Shown here piece by piece: positions 1-12,970 of a DNA stretch of 64,000 bases; within the stretch, counting starts at the first letter, position 1; every line of letters begins with the position of its first letter. The position numbers and the translations under genes are program-made. The notes beneath the pieces are model-generated. The model searched no databases and was not told the DNA's origin. It worked only from the letters and a program-made list of their open reading frames with translations. Source of the stretch: Balanoglossus misakiensis (lineage: Eukaryota; Animalia; Hemichordata); NCBI GenBank assembly GCA_040954595.2, contig CM082588.2, forward strand, positions 9,656,844 to 9,720,843, in the 5' to 3' direction.

Positions 1-1826
1 TGAGATCCTGGATCAGTTGCCGTCACTCAGATCACTAGACATTCTCTCTCATTAGGGTGTAGCTACGGTGTTGCCACGGGACCTACGACGTTTTATCGTG
101 ACGTCGGTGTTGCCCCGACCGGCCAGGGAAGTATATCAGATATGATGAGTCCGGTGATGACTTGGCTTTACGGCAGTCGCTGTGCCTGTAGATAAAGGAA
201 AGGAACAGTACAACGCGCCGCCAGTGTGATTAGCATCGCTTGGAGCAAGACTAGATGACAGACATCGCCAGGGTCGTTGGCAAGACCTTGGCGGGCAGAG
301 ATGTGTGACACAGGTCCTCCTACAGGTAAGCCAGTCTTAATTCTTTTACATGCTTTTCAGAGTCAGCTTTTTGAGATGGTGAGATCTCTGTCGTGTGGTT
401 TCTCTGTGTGACCTTTAGCTCTGCATACAGCCGGGAACACACAGACCTGTACGCAGAGCTATGTGACCTTCTGAGTCATATAATAATGTCACATTTAGTA
501 CTACATTATCTCTATGGAAACACAGCTAGGGGGAGGGTGGGGGGGGGGGGGTTCTATGCTGGTTTCCCCCATCATAGACCCACCCGTGACCCCCACCACA
601 AAAATCTGTAGTGAACCAACAGCCAAACCAGTGCACTATATCACAGTCCCTCTATTACATACTGTGACTGTATAAGCTAAAAAATAAGACATTCACTTTT
701 TGAAATAAACATTTCTCTGTTAATTATCTCTGAAAGCTTGATATAGGAGAACATTTCGGTTACTTCAATGTCACCATTGTTTTCACTACTATCACGTAAC
801 AAGCAATTTAAATTACCTTCGCAAAAACAGTATGCTCTATGTTTTTTTGTTAACGCTTTGAGATGTCTGGCTCAAATCTGCGTGAATGCAAGCTGTCATA
901 ACTTTTGTACAAAGTAGTGTCTCATTTTTTTTAAAGCAACTAGCTTGATTTTTAAAATGAAAAAAACTTCTGATATACTAGGAATAGTAGGATTTATTCA
1001 CTGCTCCAGAAGTTTTCTGAATTACAATGCACTTAACGGGACATTAGCTGTAACTTTTGGCTTTAATTGATGTACATATATTTTTGTTCTGAGTATCAAT
1101 GGGAATTTCTTGTTCTACTCCAAACAGCATGCTAATATACCCATTTATACTTCACTTGTCAACATAGCCCGTGAATGTGTAATGTTATCATTCACATTTT
1201 TTTACTACTGTTACGTAAATATGCAACTAGTCTTGCTCCAAGACTGTGTGATACTGAAAAAGAAATGCGCGTCCGCGTTGCGTATAGAACAGGACGCGAC
1301 GCTAATCACACAGTCTTGCCGATTCTGTAAACGCCCTCAAGTGGTTTTACCAGATTTGGGTAAGTAGCGGAGAACATTCGAACGTCATATGTCTGTCAAT
1401 CAAATTAGCGTCGCGTCAACATGAGTTCTATACGCGTACATACCAGGTACAGAATACGCATTTTTGGGCGTTATCGCGAGCTTTGTGCGCTTCTAGATGT
1501 TCTACATGCAAATTAACGCCGCTCATGAATATTCATATCAAATATATGTGTGCAGAAACGTACAGTCGCTTTGCCTGGCGGCGCGTCCACGTACGCTGAC
1601 GCAGTTCCGAAAGTTCCATAGGCACAGCGACTGCTTAGAGTCTAATATGCAACATGTCTAAAAAATATGTTTTTATAGAATATATTTATTTATTTAGAGT
1701 AAAATGTTTTTGGTGACATTTAAATATTTAGTGGATGGTATTTTATACATCAATTGTGGGTTTCAACATATTGTTGGGAGTAGCACAAGAATCTTAAGTG
1801 GCCACATAGAATTAATTTTCAACCTT

Positions 1827-2003
1827 CAGTAAAACCTGTCAAAACCAAACCCTGTCTAATCTGGAAACCTGTCTATACTGAACACCTTTTCAGTACCTTC
1901 GACATAGAATCACATGTTAAAAGAACATTTACAAACTGGAAATGTCTGTAAACTGAACAATTTCTTCAGTGCCTTCAGTGTTCGGTTCAGACAGGTTTTA
2001 CTG
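1827..2003. mobile_element. Tc1/mariner-type MITE
   Basis: TIR CAGTAAAACCTGTC...GACAGGTTTTACTG followed by TA. Confidence 0.75.
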
Positions 2004-2010
2004 TATTTAA

Positions 2011-2467
2011 TTTCTCACACTGCTGGCCGCTGGGAGTGTGGGATAGGATATCCCCGACGAGTGTGAGAAATACGATCTCAGGTCCTTGGGAGTGTGAGAT
2101 TCTATTATTCTCACACTCTCACTGAATCAAAAGCTGTATATGACGCGAGCGCTGATTGGTTGACAAAGAGTTCTTTCTCTTCGCGCACTAAATGTTATCC
2201 AATGGCGTGATGTGTATTACAGGCACAGAACTATAACGTGCCCCCAGACGACAGTTCCAGAGTCATTTATTCAATGTTTTAACGAATTTGGCTAATTTGT
2301 GACCGTGTGAGAAAAATAATCTCACACACCAAGGACCTGGGATCGTATTTCTCACACTCGTCAGGGATATTTTGTCCCACACTCGCCTGCGGCTCGTGTG
2401 TGACAGAAAATCCCCAACTCGTGTGAGAAATACGATCCCAGGTCCTTGGGAGTGTGAGATTCTATTA
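2011..2467 (-). mobile_element. Palindromic non-autonomous repeat (Crypton-like by inference)
   Basis: About 150-bp imperfect palindrome centred on CGAGCCGCAGGCGAG with repeated TCTCACAC motifs. Other copies at 34215-34858, 44679-45076, 53851-54215 and 60888-61225. Confidence 0.6.
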
Positions 2468-3670
2468 ATCCCAAATGTCATAGCAGCTGCCCCTTTAAAA
2501 CAATTTCTTTAAAAAATGTGTTTCTAATAGATTTGGTCAGGTGGAAAAGTATGTCACATACTGTTTTCACTGAACACTGATGTGGTTGCAATTTTATTGA
2601 CACAAATAAAATCACACTATGCATCACATTAGACTTAGGGGTAAACCATTTTATATTTAGGAGAGTGCAGTTTAGTTTCTACTCTGCCTATTCTCTGATG
2701 TTTTTTCTTTACTATTTGGCAGAGGCAAAATGCAGACTTGTTATGGAAGTGTTCCTAAGTAACTATGCATAAATTATTTCTATTAATCTAAGCACATTAT
2801 GTAAAATATAAATCAACCAGGTAGACTCATGTCTCCCCCTACAGTAATGGTGACAATTCTTTTTATAGTACCCAACTTACTCAAGTAAACACACTTAATG
2901 TTAGCAAACAGTCCTATAGATATAGCCTGGTCCCCTGTCCCATTCCTGCTGCTGGTAGTGACAGCAGGGTTAGAAAGTGGGCAGAGAACAAGAGTATCTT
3001 ACAGGCCTCTTTCATGACCCCTGTGTAACCTTACATCCTGGTGATTTGTTGGTTTGACATCATTCATCATTCAATGTTGAACAGCTAACCTTTTCTAACA
3101 GGCAATGTTCACCAGTTTTGTTCAAGGATGAGAAAAAATGCATTGATTCAATAGCATGGTTGGTAAACTCGAAATTGTATACTCACACCGACAAAAAGCC
3201 AGGATGTAGAGGTCAAAAGGGGTCATAAAAGTGGCATGATATAGCACAGTTGCCAGTGGTGTAATGTTTATATGAACTGTGCAACTTCATTCATATTTCT
3301 TAGTGGCAGTAATGTTATTATAAATATAAACTGACATCTGAAATCACTTTGCGATGTCGAAATTCAGTGGGAAGAAACAAACGCCAAAAGTTACCACATT
3401 TTATACTGACACTTATTTGTTTTGTACAGTTTACCCTATGGATCCAGCTATCATAGGAATAGGTGCAATAATTGTAGCTTTGGTGGGCTGGTTGATCGCT
3501 TATGGGCTTGATCAATCATCCCATCTAGGCTACAATTATTGCAGATATCATAGGAAGGGCACATTGGGAACCCCCCCCCCCCCCCCCTCACACACACACA
3601 CACACACACACAATTTGGGCGACAACACAATATATATATGATGCAGTCTACAAGTTGCACCGAAATATCT

Positions 3671-4560
3671 TTAGGTCCCATTTGTATATACTGGTGGTAC
3701 CTCATGAGATCGGTTGCGTCTGTATGGATGTATGTCCGTTCACATCAAAAACTTGAAAACCGCTGAGCATATAACCTCGATATTTGGTGTGCAGATGCAG
3801 GCAGGGCTGTAGATGGGAGTTTGTTCAAATGAAGTTGTTGGGAAAAACGTAAATTTGGCCAAAACTCAGAAACTCAACAACCACTGGTCATATTGATTTG
3901 AAAATTGGTATGCATGTACCTTATATTAACCTCACACAGTTGTGTATGTTTTGAACTAATAGTTTGAATTTTCTATAATTTATGTATTTTTTTGTCTTTT
4001 TCCACATTTTTGGTAAAAAATCTACTTTTCTGGAATTGATGACCTGACTTCTTTGAAATTTAGTATGGGGCTTCATATAGGTGATGTGAGTTATCAAAGT
4101 TTTGTTTAAATTTGCTGCAAAATTTGCAAATTTATAATTTTGGTGCAAATTTTGCCTTTTTGATCAATTTTTTTCTGTAAAACCATTTGTCAGATTGCTT
4201 TGAAATTTGGTAGGCATAGAGATGTGTGTTTGTCAAATCAATTTGTAGAATTCAATAGTATATTTTTGGGGTGATTTTTGCCATTTTTGGTCAAAACTCT
4301 TTCTCAGAACCCTCTACCCCATTGCTTTGAAATTTGATTTGAAGGTTCCATGGTGAGTTGTCATGATGATTTACAAAACCTATGATGAAAGTGTCAATGT
4401 TTTGTGGGGGCAATGTCTTGTATTTTGGGGGTATATTTACCAATTTTGATAAAAAATTATATTTCTCAGAAAGTGTACACTGTATGGCTGATTTCTATAA
4501 ATTTTAGTTGTAAGTTAATGGGATTGGCTTCTTTAGAATTATTATGAAATCATATCATAG
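3671..4560 (+). mobile_element. Interspersed repeat, DINE-1/HINE (Helentron-associated)-like; inverted partial copy at about 6555-6810
   Basis: Starts TTAGGTCCCATT and has a short GTAT/GTCC microsatellite. 3672-3850 is the reverse complement of about 6620-6809. Right end uncertain. Confidence 0.5.
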
Positions 4561-5464
4561 GTAATTTGGAATTTCTACTGGGCTTGCGTTTGATATTTTA
4601 TTTTTTACGCGCAGTGCACGCAAAGAGCCGATTTTTTTTTCGTGAAATTGTATTTGAATTACGTGCAACAAAATAGCGATAGACAAGCAGGCTTTCAGAT
4701 AAACATACTTGAATGAGTTCTCCCTTCATGTCTAGATGGCCCAACACAAAAAATATCATTTAGAATGTAGCGAATAAAGTACATAAACATCATGAAAGAG
4801 ACTGTGTACAGTGGTCCCCCCCCCCCCCCCCCCCCGATACGTATTAAGTACAGACAAGGTATGGAATTCTTGTGTTATATCATCAAGGAAAATGACCCAG
4901 AAGCCCTACTTGCTTTGTTATATCCAATGGCTTCTGTGTGCATAAATTATAGCCCGACACGTGTCAAGTTTGTGGCCTAGGTTACCGCACGTACATCATT
5001 GTGCGTCCTGCTACAGCATACAAGCGCGCGTACGCGTACATGTGTACAGGGCGCCTGACCGGCCAACCTTGACAAGGCGCCCCAGATAGCCTCGCCCGCT
5101 GTTATCTTTCAATGGATTTTTTTTGTGCGCATGTCACGCAACTGTGACAAAATATTTGCGCGCACACATTGTAGTTTTGTGTTATTTAGTGTTATTTTAA
5201 ATGGGTGTCACACCGATTTAATCAGCCTCCATTCAAAGAGTACACAACAGTCGTGTTATGCATTAGCAAAAGATGATAAACTGATGCGGATACAATCAAT
5301 ATAGCTTAATGGTGATGATTCTAAAGCAGAAGGCTAATTGTCATTAGTATCATACATGCAGAGCCTGAATTTTCCACTTTCTATTGTTCTCACCAAATTT
5401 AGTGTAATAACCCCTAAGTACCACCCTCTAATTTTAAAGAACACTAATTATGGAAGCCCATTAA

Positions 5465-5549
5465 CCCTTTCACAACCAAGGTTCAGTCAAAACCCATTGT
5501 TTTCTATGAAAAGGTTTGACCTGTATAGAAGGAACTTGGGGTGAAAGGG
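5465..5549. mobile_element. 85-bp piggyBac-like MITE; relatives at about 7737-7821 and 62443-62520
   Basis: TTAA-CCCTTTCAC...GTGAAAGGG-TTAA. Confidence 0.75.
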
Positions 5550-5710
5550 TTAAAGGGACAAAGTCGCTCTTTTTGACTTTTGACTCACTTGCTTTTATTA
5601 GAAGTTCCTACCTTTAAATGCTTCATAAAATGTTTAATCAAATCTGTCTACAATCAGAGTAGACATTGTTTACATATACCTTTTGTTAAATGATTGCTGT
5701 TGTATTTCAG

Positions 5711-5809
5711 ATTGTTGTCAGGAGCAGGTGAGAAATATGGTATGATTTCTGAAGGTCTGAGTACTGCATTGCAGTTATTTGACGATATGAAGAGTTTACG
5801 ATATTCAAG
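5711..5809 (+). pseudogene. MED25: MED25-like vWA-domain exon ([32 protein letters not shown])
   Basis: AG/GT-bounded 99-nt exon. Translation matches the MED25 motif [25 protein letters not shown]. Confidence 0.88.
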
Positions 5810-5957
5810 GTAATTATGGTAAAATTCTGAGTTTCAAGATCATTCTCTACATATGGCCCTGACTTTTTTTGGTGGTTTATCTGTTTTTTTAAAGTTCACC
5901 ATGTCAACCAGGAAATGATTCCATACAGACAGTGGAGTACAACTGAGATGTGAAGTA

Positions 5958-6960
5958 CATTGAAACCTGCCTAGGAAGGACACCTCTGGGACCACAAAAT
6001 GTGTCCTTAATAGAGAGGTGTCCTTAAAGGGACAAATTCTCTCCCTCGCTGCCCCTTTTCCATGAATTAGGTTTGTTACAGGGCACCATTTCTGTTATTC
6101 TACATGTGGATATATAGTGAATCAATGTTTCACCACACTCAACTTCAACCCTGCTTGTAGCCACCAGAGTGATAAAAAACACACGCCAATAATCGGTCTC
6201 TATCATTTATTCATTTTATGCGAGTTTTTATGCTCATATCATTCAAGTGGGATGGAAATTGTGTATGGTTGAACGTTCATTAACTACATATACACATGTA
6301 CATTAATATAAAATGTCTCTTGTATCAAACATAATGGAAAAAATCGCGTCAAGGACACAGTGGTCCCATTGAGGGAATACACAAGAAAAAGTCTACACCG
6401 GAGTAAATGGCGATATACTGACAGACACACACACTAAATAGAACAGCTGGCCTCTTTAAAACTTAGCCAGTTATGTAATCATTCAGGAATTTCCTGTGTA
6501 TATAAACAACTCAATAAAGTAAATACACACCACTTCGCAAAGCAATCTGACCAGTAGTTCTTGAGTTACTGAGTTTTGACTAAGTTCACATTTTTCCAGC
6601 TAATTTGCATATTTTTGGCAAAGACAACTTCATTTGAACAAACTCCCATCTACAGCCCAGCCTGCATGTGCACACCAAATATCAAGGTGATACACACAGT
6701 GGTTTTCAAGTTTTTGATGTGGACGGACATCCATCCATACATACATACATACAGACGCAACCAATCCCATAAGGTCCCATGGTATATAGGCCTATACCAA
6801 TGGGACCTAAAAAGGGCAGCGAGAGAGAGACTTTGTCCCTTTAACAGAAATGTGCATGTAATATTCTATTCAAACCATTACTCTTGTCTTGAACAATCTT
6901 TCCTTAATAGAGAGGTGTCCTGATTAGAGAGATGTCTGTATTAATTGACAGGTTTCACTG
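5958..6960. mobile_element. Tc1/mariner-type MITE with nested insertions
   Basis: TA-CATTGAAACCTGCC...GACAGGTTTCACTG-TA. Confidence 0.6.
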
Positions 6961-7071
6961 TATTATCAACATTTTCAGTTTCATAATCCTTCTGGATGTC
7001 TTTGTCAGAAAATTTTGACAGCAGCCAAAACTTTCTCTGCCATACTCACAATAAGAGAAAGCTTGCACCTG

Positions 7072-7279
7072 TGTGTAAAACGGGTTATTTTCGCAAGCAA
7101 TTAATTTTTGCGAAATAGGCGAGAGCCAACAAAATGTGAAAAGAAAAAGTTGCGTAAAATGTTTTTCGGAGATAAAGATGCAATGAAATACAAGAACATG
7201 AAAATTAATCCTCGCATAACAGTTGCCTCTTTTAATATCGCAAACATTTCCTGTCACGAAAATAATCCGTTTTACAGTA
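7072..7279. mobile_element. Short MITE of the TACTGTAAA...TTTACAGTA family; relatives at about 10578-10771 and 12431-12657
   Basis: Imperfect TIR TGTAAAACGGGTTATTTTCG...CGAAAATAATCCGTTTTACAG and similar internal sequence. Confidence 0.6.
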
Positions 7280-7432
7280 ATATTGAAGGTCAGAATGCTT
7301 TTGATGAGAGAACAATACACCAGTTGCAAAGTATCTAGACTAACATAAAAATGATGGTATTTTCTGAAGAAGATATATTCTCGCAGTTGGTGTTTTGTTT
7401 CCTCATCAAAAGCATTCTGACCTTCAATATTA
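7278..7432. repeat. Foldback hairpin MITE (~155 bp); copies at 12662-12813 and 22742-22893
   Basis: Long inverted repeat TAATATTGAAGGTCAGAATGCTTTTGATGAG...CTCATCAAAAGCATTCTGACCTTCAATATTA. Confidence 0.85.
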
Positions 7433-7890
7433 TTCTGTTGAGCTATAGATGCAATCTAGTCTATATATGTTCAGAGGCGATTTTATCATCGGTAACAGAT
7501 CCTAAATACTAAAAGAGCATAAAATGACTGCGACAGATACTTTGTTAGTTGTAACAGGTGTGAAATAAGAATTTGGATAACATTGACAGTATTTTGGCTA
7601 TTGTTGGGGGGGGGGGGGGGTGGAGCAATAAGTGATTTTGAAACCCCATGTAACACCTGTCTTACCATTAATATGACTGCATTTATGGTACCATAAGGAA
7701 TGCTAACAAAATGACTGGGGAACCCTGGTTACATTACCCTGATCACCACAATGGTTCAGTCCAACAGCATTGTTTTCTATGGTAAGGTTGGACCTCTGAA
7801 GAGGGAATTGGGGTGGAAGGGTTAAAAAAAAACACTGACTGACAATACTGCCAATAACAAAATATTGTTTTATCTTCTCTTTGTATACAG

Positions 7891-8011
7891 CACACCAATA
7901 CAGAAACATTGTATATTGATCTGCAACTCTCCTCCATATCCTTTGCCAAGTCAAGATAGTATTAATTACAGTGGATTTACTGCAGAACAATTGGCTGCCA
8001 TGTTGGGTGAG
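7891..8011 (+). pseudogene. MED25: MED25-like vWA exon (TPIQKHCILICNSPPYPLPSQDSINYSGFTAEQLAAMLGE)
   Basis: AG/GT-bounded 121-nt exon, phase-compatible with the previous exon. Matches MED25 CLLICNSPPYLLP...YSG. Copies at 12854-12965 and 22934-23045 have lost the acceptor by deletion. Confidence 0.9.
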
Positions 8012-8102
8012 GTAAGTAAGCGATGTAAAACATTTCATACAACACTGCATACTAACAATAGTCATATCAACCTGACAAGGGAAGATGAAAAAAAAACACT
8101 AA

Positions 8103-8904
8103 GGCTGCATTCACAAACACCTCTGGAGGGGGGGGGGCGGGAGAATTCAATTTTTTTTACCGTTAATTTTCACATGCCCCCCCTCAACAACCCGAAATAT
8201 TTTCAAATCCCCCCCTTCCGAACTGCTAAAATTTTCAAATCCCCCCCCCCCCATTTTCTTTCATTCAGCAAAACACATCACCTATCTATCTTGTAAAAAA
8301 GAAAAACAGCGCTCCCATGAAAAGAATTTGAAACTGATGTTTCCCCTCATCAGTGGGTATTAAAACTGAACATTGTTTTTATTTTTTAAGTATCTGTATT
8401 CTATGTTGGGAGACATTGTAAACCAAGAATTGAAGGGGGTGGGTTTGGGAGGGGGTGTCCCCCTCCCACGTAAGAAAATTTTATAAAATACAGAGCTCAA
8501 AGCTGCATTTTAATGAACCTGGCAAAAGCACATTAACTTAACTACCGGTATGTTGGGGAGGACAAATTTAACCGCTGCCGCTCAAAGTTATCATGGGGTG
8601 GGGGCAAGTCCCCTGACCTGGGACACTAGATAAACCAGTCAATGTTTGAAAGGTGTTGATAAATGGAGGGGGTGGGTGTGGGAGGGGGTGTCCCCCTCCC
8701 ACATTAGAAAATTTTGTAAAATAAAGGGCGCGAAACTGCATTTTTGTGGACTCAAAATAAATATTTAGTCGTCAAAGTTTTCAAGTCCCCCCCTTTCAGT
8801 CCCTAAATTATTTCAAATCCCCCCCTTACATACCCTCAATTTTTTCAAATCCCCCCCCTCAATTCTCCTGCCCCCCCCCTCCAGAGGTGTTTGTGAATGC
8901 AGCC
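8103..8904. mobile_element. PIF/Harbinger-type MITE
   Basis: Long TIR GGCTGCATTCACAAACACCTCTGGAGGG..., TAA TSD, two internal GGGAGGGGGTGTCCCCCTCCC hairpin repeats. Absent from the paralog near 18940-18990. Confidence 0.88.
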
Positions 8905-9236
8905 TAAGCCCCATTGAACAGCTGTATTTTCTTGGAATCTGGTTTTATAATAAACTTTGATTGATTGAAATGTGTTTTACATCTAAATGCATCGTTTTGG
9001 GAACATTTTCTAGTATGTATGTGATTATTAAATTGAACTTGTATATTTGCTGGGGGCAACTAATTTTTCATTAAAGATGAGGAATGCCCAATGTTCGGAT
9101 TGTCTTCAAAAAGATGACAACAACTCAAGTCTCAAAAACTCTTTGTTTTGAATTTTGAATTGTTTTTGTTGCATCAGTAACGACTTCACATGTGGATGCC
9201 ACATTTTGATTCTTAGCAAATGTTGTATTTTGACAG

Positions 9237-9385
9237 AGAGGAGTCCATTCCTCAATCATATCATCCCGCAAACTGCCTGAACTCCAAAAACTTAGCAACA
9301 AAGCGTGAAGTACAGATGGTACCTATGAAGGATTATGCGGCTGATCCACACCACATGATACTTCTCAAAGGTTATCAACTTGCTG
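9237..9385 (+). pseudogene. MED25: MED25-like exon with frameshift and stop (RGVHSSIISSRKLPELQKL / DYAADPHHMILLKGYQL)
   Basis: Matches MED25 RGIHFSIVSPRKLPAL and DPRHMVLVRG in two different frames, with TGA at 9306. The same lesion is in copies 19317-19465 and 29397-29545. Confidence 0.88.
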
Positions 9386-9922
9386 GTAGGTATCTGTTGC
9401 TATGCAAATATTTGCAATCATACCATCCAGATTCTAAAGTTCACAGGTCAAATATATAACTTGTTTATGTGGCCATTTACAACCAATTCATCATTTTGTG
9501 GTTTGTTAAAATGTTACTCGAAATCGGTACTTCCATGAAATGGTTGTAATATATTTAATAATATTTATTACACATCACAAATTATTATGCGCTCTTGGTT
9601 GGCTAATACTAAATATGATAGTACTTCATGACCTCTGCACACGAACTGTGCCTTACAGAAGTTATTTTCGCGAGTGATGCAGTGTATTCTGTTGCAGTAC
9701 TTTCACAAGCCAAGCATTTTATTCCCCATCATGTCAATGCCTGGCCAATGAATTACACATCCTCCTGAAAATTGCTGGTAGGTGAGAAATCAGTTTCCAT
9801 GGTTGCATCCTGGATGAAACACTGGTACAGGTTCAAGACAAGTTTAGTGACATTGTGTAAATCCACAGAAGAATTTCACATCAACTGTATAATCTTCTAT
9901 TTTTCTCATGATTGTGTTTCAG

Positions 9923-11666
9923 AAAAATCTGTGTCAAGTGGTGATACATAAGAGGTTGCCATCGTGAAACCTAAAACCATAGCAACCACTTCAGTGTCTA
10001 CAACCACTACCACAACACGGCCACTGAAACCCGCATCAACAGTTACCATGTTTACAGCATCTACCTCCAGTATGACCTCAAATCCTCTCAAATCAACTGT
10101 TGGAAGTTCAACTCCAGGTAAAGTCTCCAGTGTTGCTTACGAGACATTTGTCAAATTAGGTCCGCACATAATTAGACCACCAAGTGAAGTGTGAGATATA
10201 GTAGAATATTGCCATGTTGATCTTCACTACAATATTAGTTAAAGTTATATAGCACTCTGTGATCAACGAGTTGAAAATACAGCATGAGCTGTAGTCCCCT
10301 TCATCAGCTGTACACGTAGAATGAACAGAGAAACAGAGAATCATGGGGTATTCAAAGTAGGAAATATGTGCAGGACCAGGTGCATCGATCAGAAAAATTT
10401 CCTACAGTGGATTTTCTATCTGAGGATGGTGACTTCATGACCGCGATATTGTGCCCTTGAGCGAGGCACTTTACTTCTCATTGCTCTTGGGAGACTGGCT
10501 TTGTAGAGGTGATTTGTGATTTGCACCTGTTCTAGTCTTTCTACTAGACATATTTTCTGTGTTTGCGATTGATGAATTACTGTCTAATGGGAAATTTTTG
10601 TAAACTTCGCGAGAACCAACAAATGCGAATTAAAAAGTCATATAAAAATGTTTTTCGGGGATATTGGTGCAGTTAGTGAAATATAAGAATGCGAAATTTA
10701 ATTGTAGCATAACAGCTGTCTCTATTGATATTGCGAAAATTTCTTGTCACAGAAATTTCCCGTTTTACAGTTCATAAATAAATCAACTAGATCTTTTTAC
10801 TGCAGATGCCACACCAACTAATCATCTGTCACCTGGACAACCAAGTCAAATTGGAAGTCAGTCTCCACAACAACTGTCATCCTCTCAACAGAAACTGACT
10901 CAACCAAGTCAGCCCCAGATGCAGGGCCAAGGTAAAAGGTCATCAATGCCTGTTGCCCAGCCTACCAGTTTACCAAACCAACCAGTATCCACTGTCACAG
11001 CAAACAGGACACAACAACCCAATGTGACTGTTTCAAGTATCCCCATGAGACAATTTTGTCCACCCAGGTACAGTTGTGGTGTACCTTCTACTTTATGAGA
11101 TTCAAATTAGCTGTTTCTAGTTACCCATCTTGTGAATTGAAAGCTTTTTATGACTGTTTCACATAGCCTTGTGTTACCATATTCTATACAGTAAACTATT
11201 GTTTCAAAACACTTTCAAAACTTCTGTTTTGGTTGCTAGAAACCCACTCTGTGAATGCAAAGACTCTTTTGGATAATGCCTGAGACTCAGTGATCAATTT
11301 CAATTTTTAATGAGATTAATGTTGATAAGCCCTAATGTGGGTATGTGTGTTGAAAATAGGACTTAGAGAGTTGCAAGCTCAACATCGAATCAAAAATTGA
11401 AGTCATGAATTTAAAATGGGGTTTTTAATACTGGCCTTGATAATGCTTCATATTAACTAGGTTTGTTACTCTTTTTGGACAGGCAACTTCACCACCAACG
11501 ATGACTTCCCAGCATGCACCAGCTGCTGCACTGAAAGCCGCAGAAGGTGTCATGCAAATGGCAAATGCTAGTCAGTTCAGTAAGACGCCACCAATTGCTG
11601 CTGTGAATTCTATCAACTCACAGTCACGACAGAAATGGCCAGGTACTGATTCACAGCCACAAAGAG
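9923..11666 (+). pseudogene. MED25: Three low-complexity (S/T/Q/P-rich) MED25-like exons: 9923-10117, 10806-11067, 11483-11666
   Basis: Canonical AG/GT boundaries. In-frame TAA at 9949-9951. The 262-nt exon is 1 nt off the phase required by its neighbours. Assigned to MED25 by collinearity with the vWA exons. Confidence 0.7.
10449..10490 (+). repeat. SINE central-domain fragment; copies at about 20529 and 31770
   Basis: GTGCCCTTGAGCGAGGCACTTTAC resembles the conserved central motif of tRNA-derived SINEs. Confidence 0.4.
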
Positions 11667-12970
11667 GTAGGTACAGTCAAACCTGTCTATACTGGCCAGT
11701 CAAGGGACTTCCAAAACTGACATTTATAGACAGGTGGCTTCTATAGACTGGTCAATAAATGTGCAATGTACATGTACATGAAATGAAACAAAGTTGCCAC
11801 TACATAGAGGTGGCCACAAACACATAGTTGACTGTCATATATGTTATGTTGCCATGGCAGTCATTTACCATGAGTTCGATTATACATTGCCAAAACCGGA
11901 GGAAAAAAATATTCAAGTTCCCCTTTTCATATTCTCCATCGATGGTATAATACGCCAGTGTCATGACCACACACAACTTCCACCCTGCTTGTAGCCACGA
12001 GAGTGAAAAAAACCTCACCAATATGAACAATCGGTCTCTATCATTTATTCATTTTGGGCGAGTTTTTATGCTCATATCATTCAAGCGGGATGGAAATTGT
12101 GTATGGTTGAACATTCATTCACTACATATACATATGTACATTAATATAAAATGTCTCTTGTATCAAACATAATGGAAAAAAGGGCAGCGAGAGAGAGACT
12201 TTGTCCCTTTAATAGAAATGTGCATCTATTTCAACTATTACTTTTGTCTTGAACAATCTTTCCTTAATAGAGTGGTGTACTGATTAGAGAGATGTCTTAT
12301 TGACAGGTTTCACTGTATAATATCAACATTTTCAGTTCCATAATCCTTCAGTGTTTGCCAGAGAATTTCGACAGCACTCAAAAACTTTCTCTGCCATACT
12401 CACAATAAGAGAAAGCTTGCACCTGTGTTTTACTGTTAAATTACCATACCACAAAAAACAGTTTGTTTTTGCGAGCAATAAAGTTTTCGCGAAATATGCG
12501 AGAACCAACAAACATGAAAATAAAAAGTCGCGTAAAATGTTTTTCGTAGATAAAGATGCAATGAAATACGAGAATGTGAAAATTAATCCTCGCGTAACAG
12601 TTTGGTCTTTTAATGTCGCGAAAAATTTCCTTTCATGAAAATAATCCGTTTTACAGTCTGGTAATATTGAAGGTCAGAATGCTTTTGATGAGAGAACAAT
12701 ACACCAGTTGCAAAGTATCTTGACAAACATGAAATGATTGAATTCTCCGAAGAAGATATAATCTCGCAGTTGGTGTGTTGTTTCCTCATCAAAAGCATTC
12801 TGACCTTCAATATTATTCTGTTGAGCTATACATGCAATCTAGTCTATATATGAACAGAAACATTGTATATTGATCTGCAACTCTCCTCCACATCCCTTGC
12901 CAAGTCAAGATAGTATTAATTACAGTGGATTTACTGCAAAACAATTGGCTGCCATGTTGGGTGAGGTAAG

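Noticed and set aside
1248-1626. CpG-rich patch as a promoter or ncRNA
   Set aside because: It shows only weak terminal inverted similarity, most like an old MITE; nothing supports a functional call.
393-5544. Short ORFs from the six-frame track here and throughout intronic DNA
   Set aside because: No motifs, many GTG/TTG starts, and they overlap MITEs or introns; consistent with chance ORFs.
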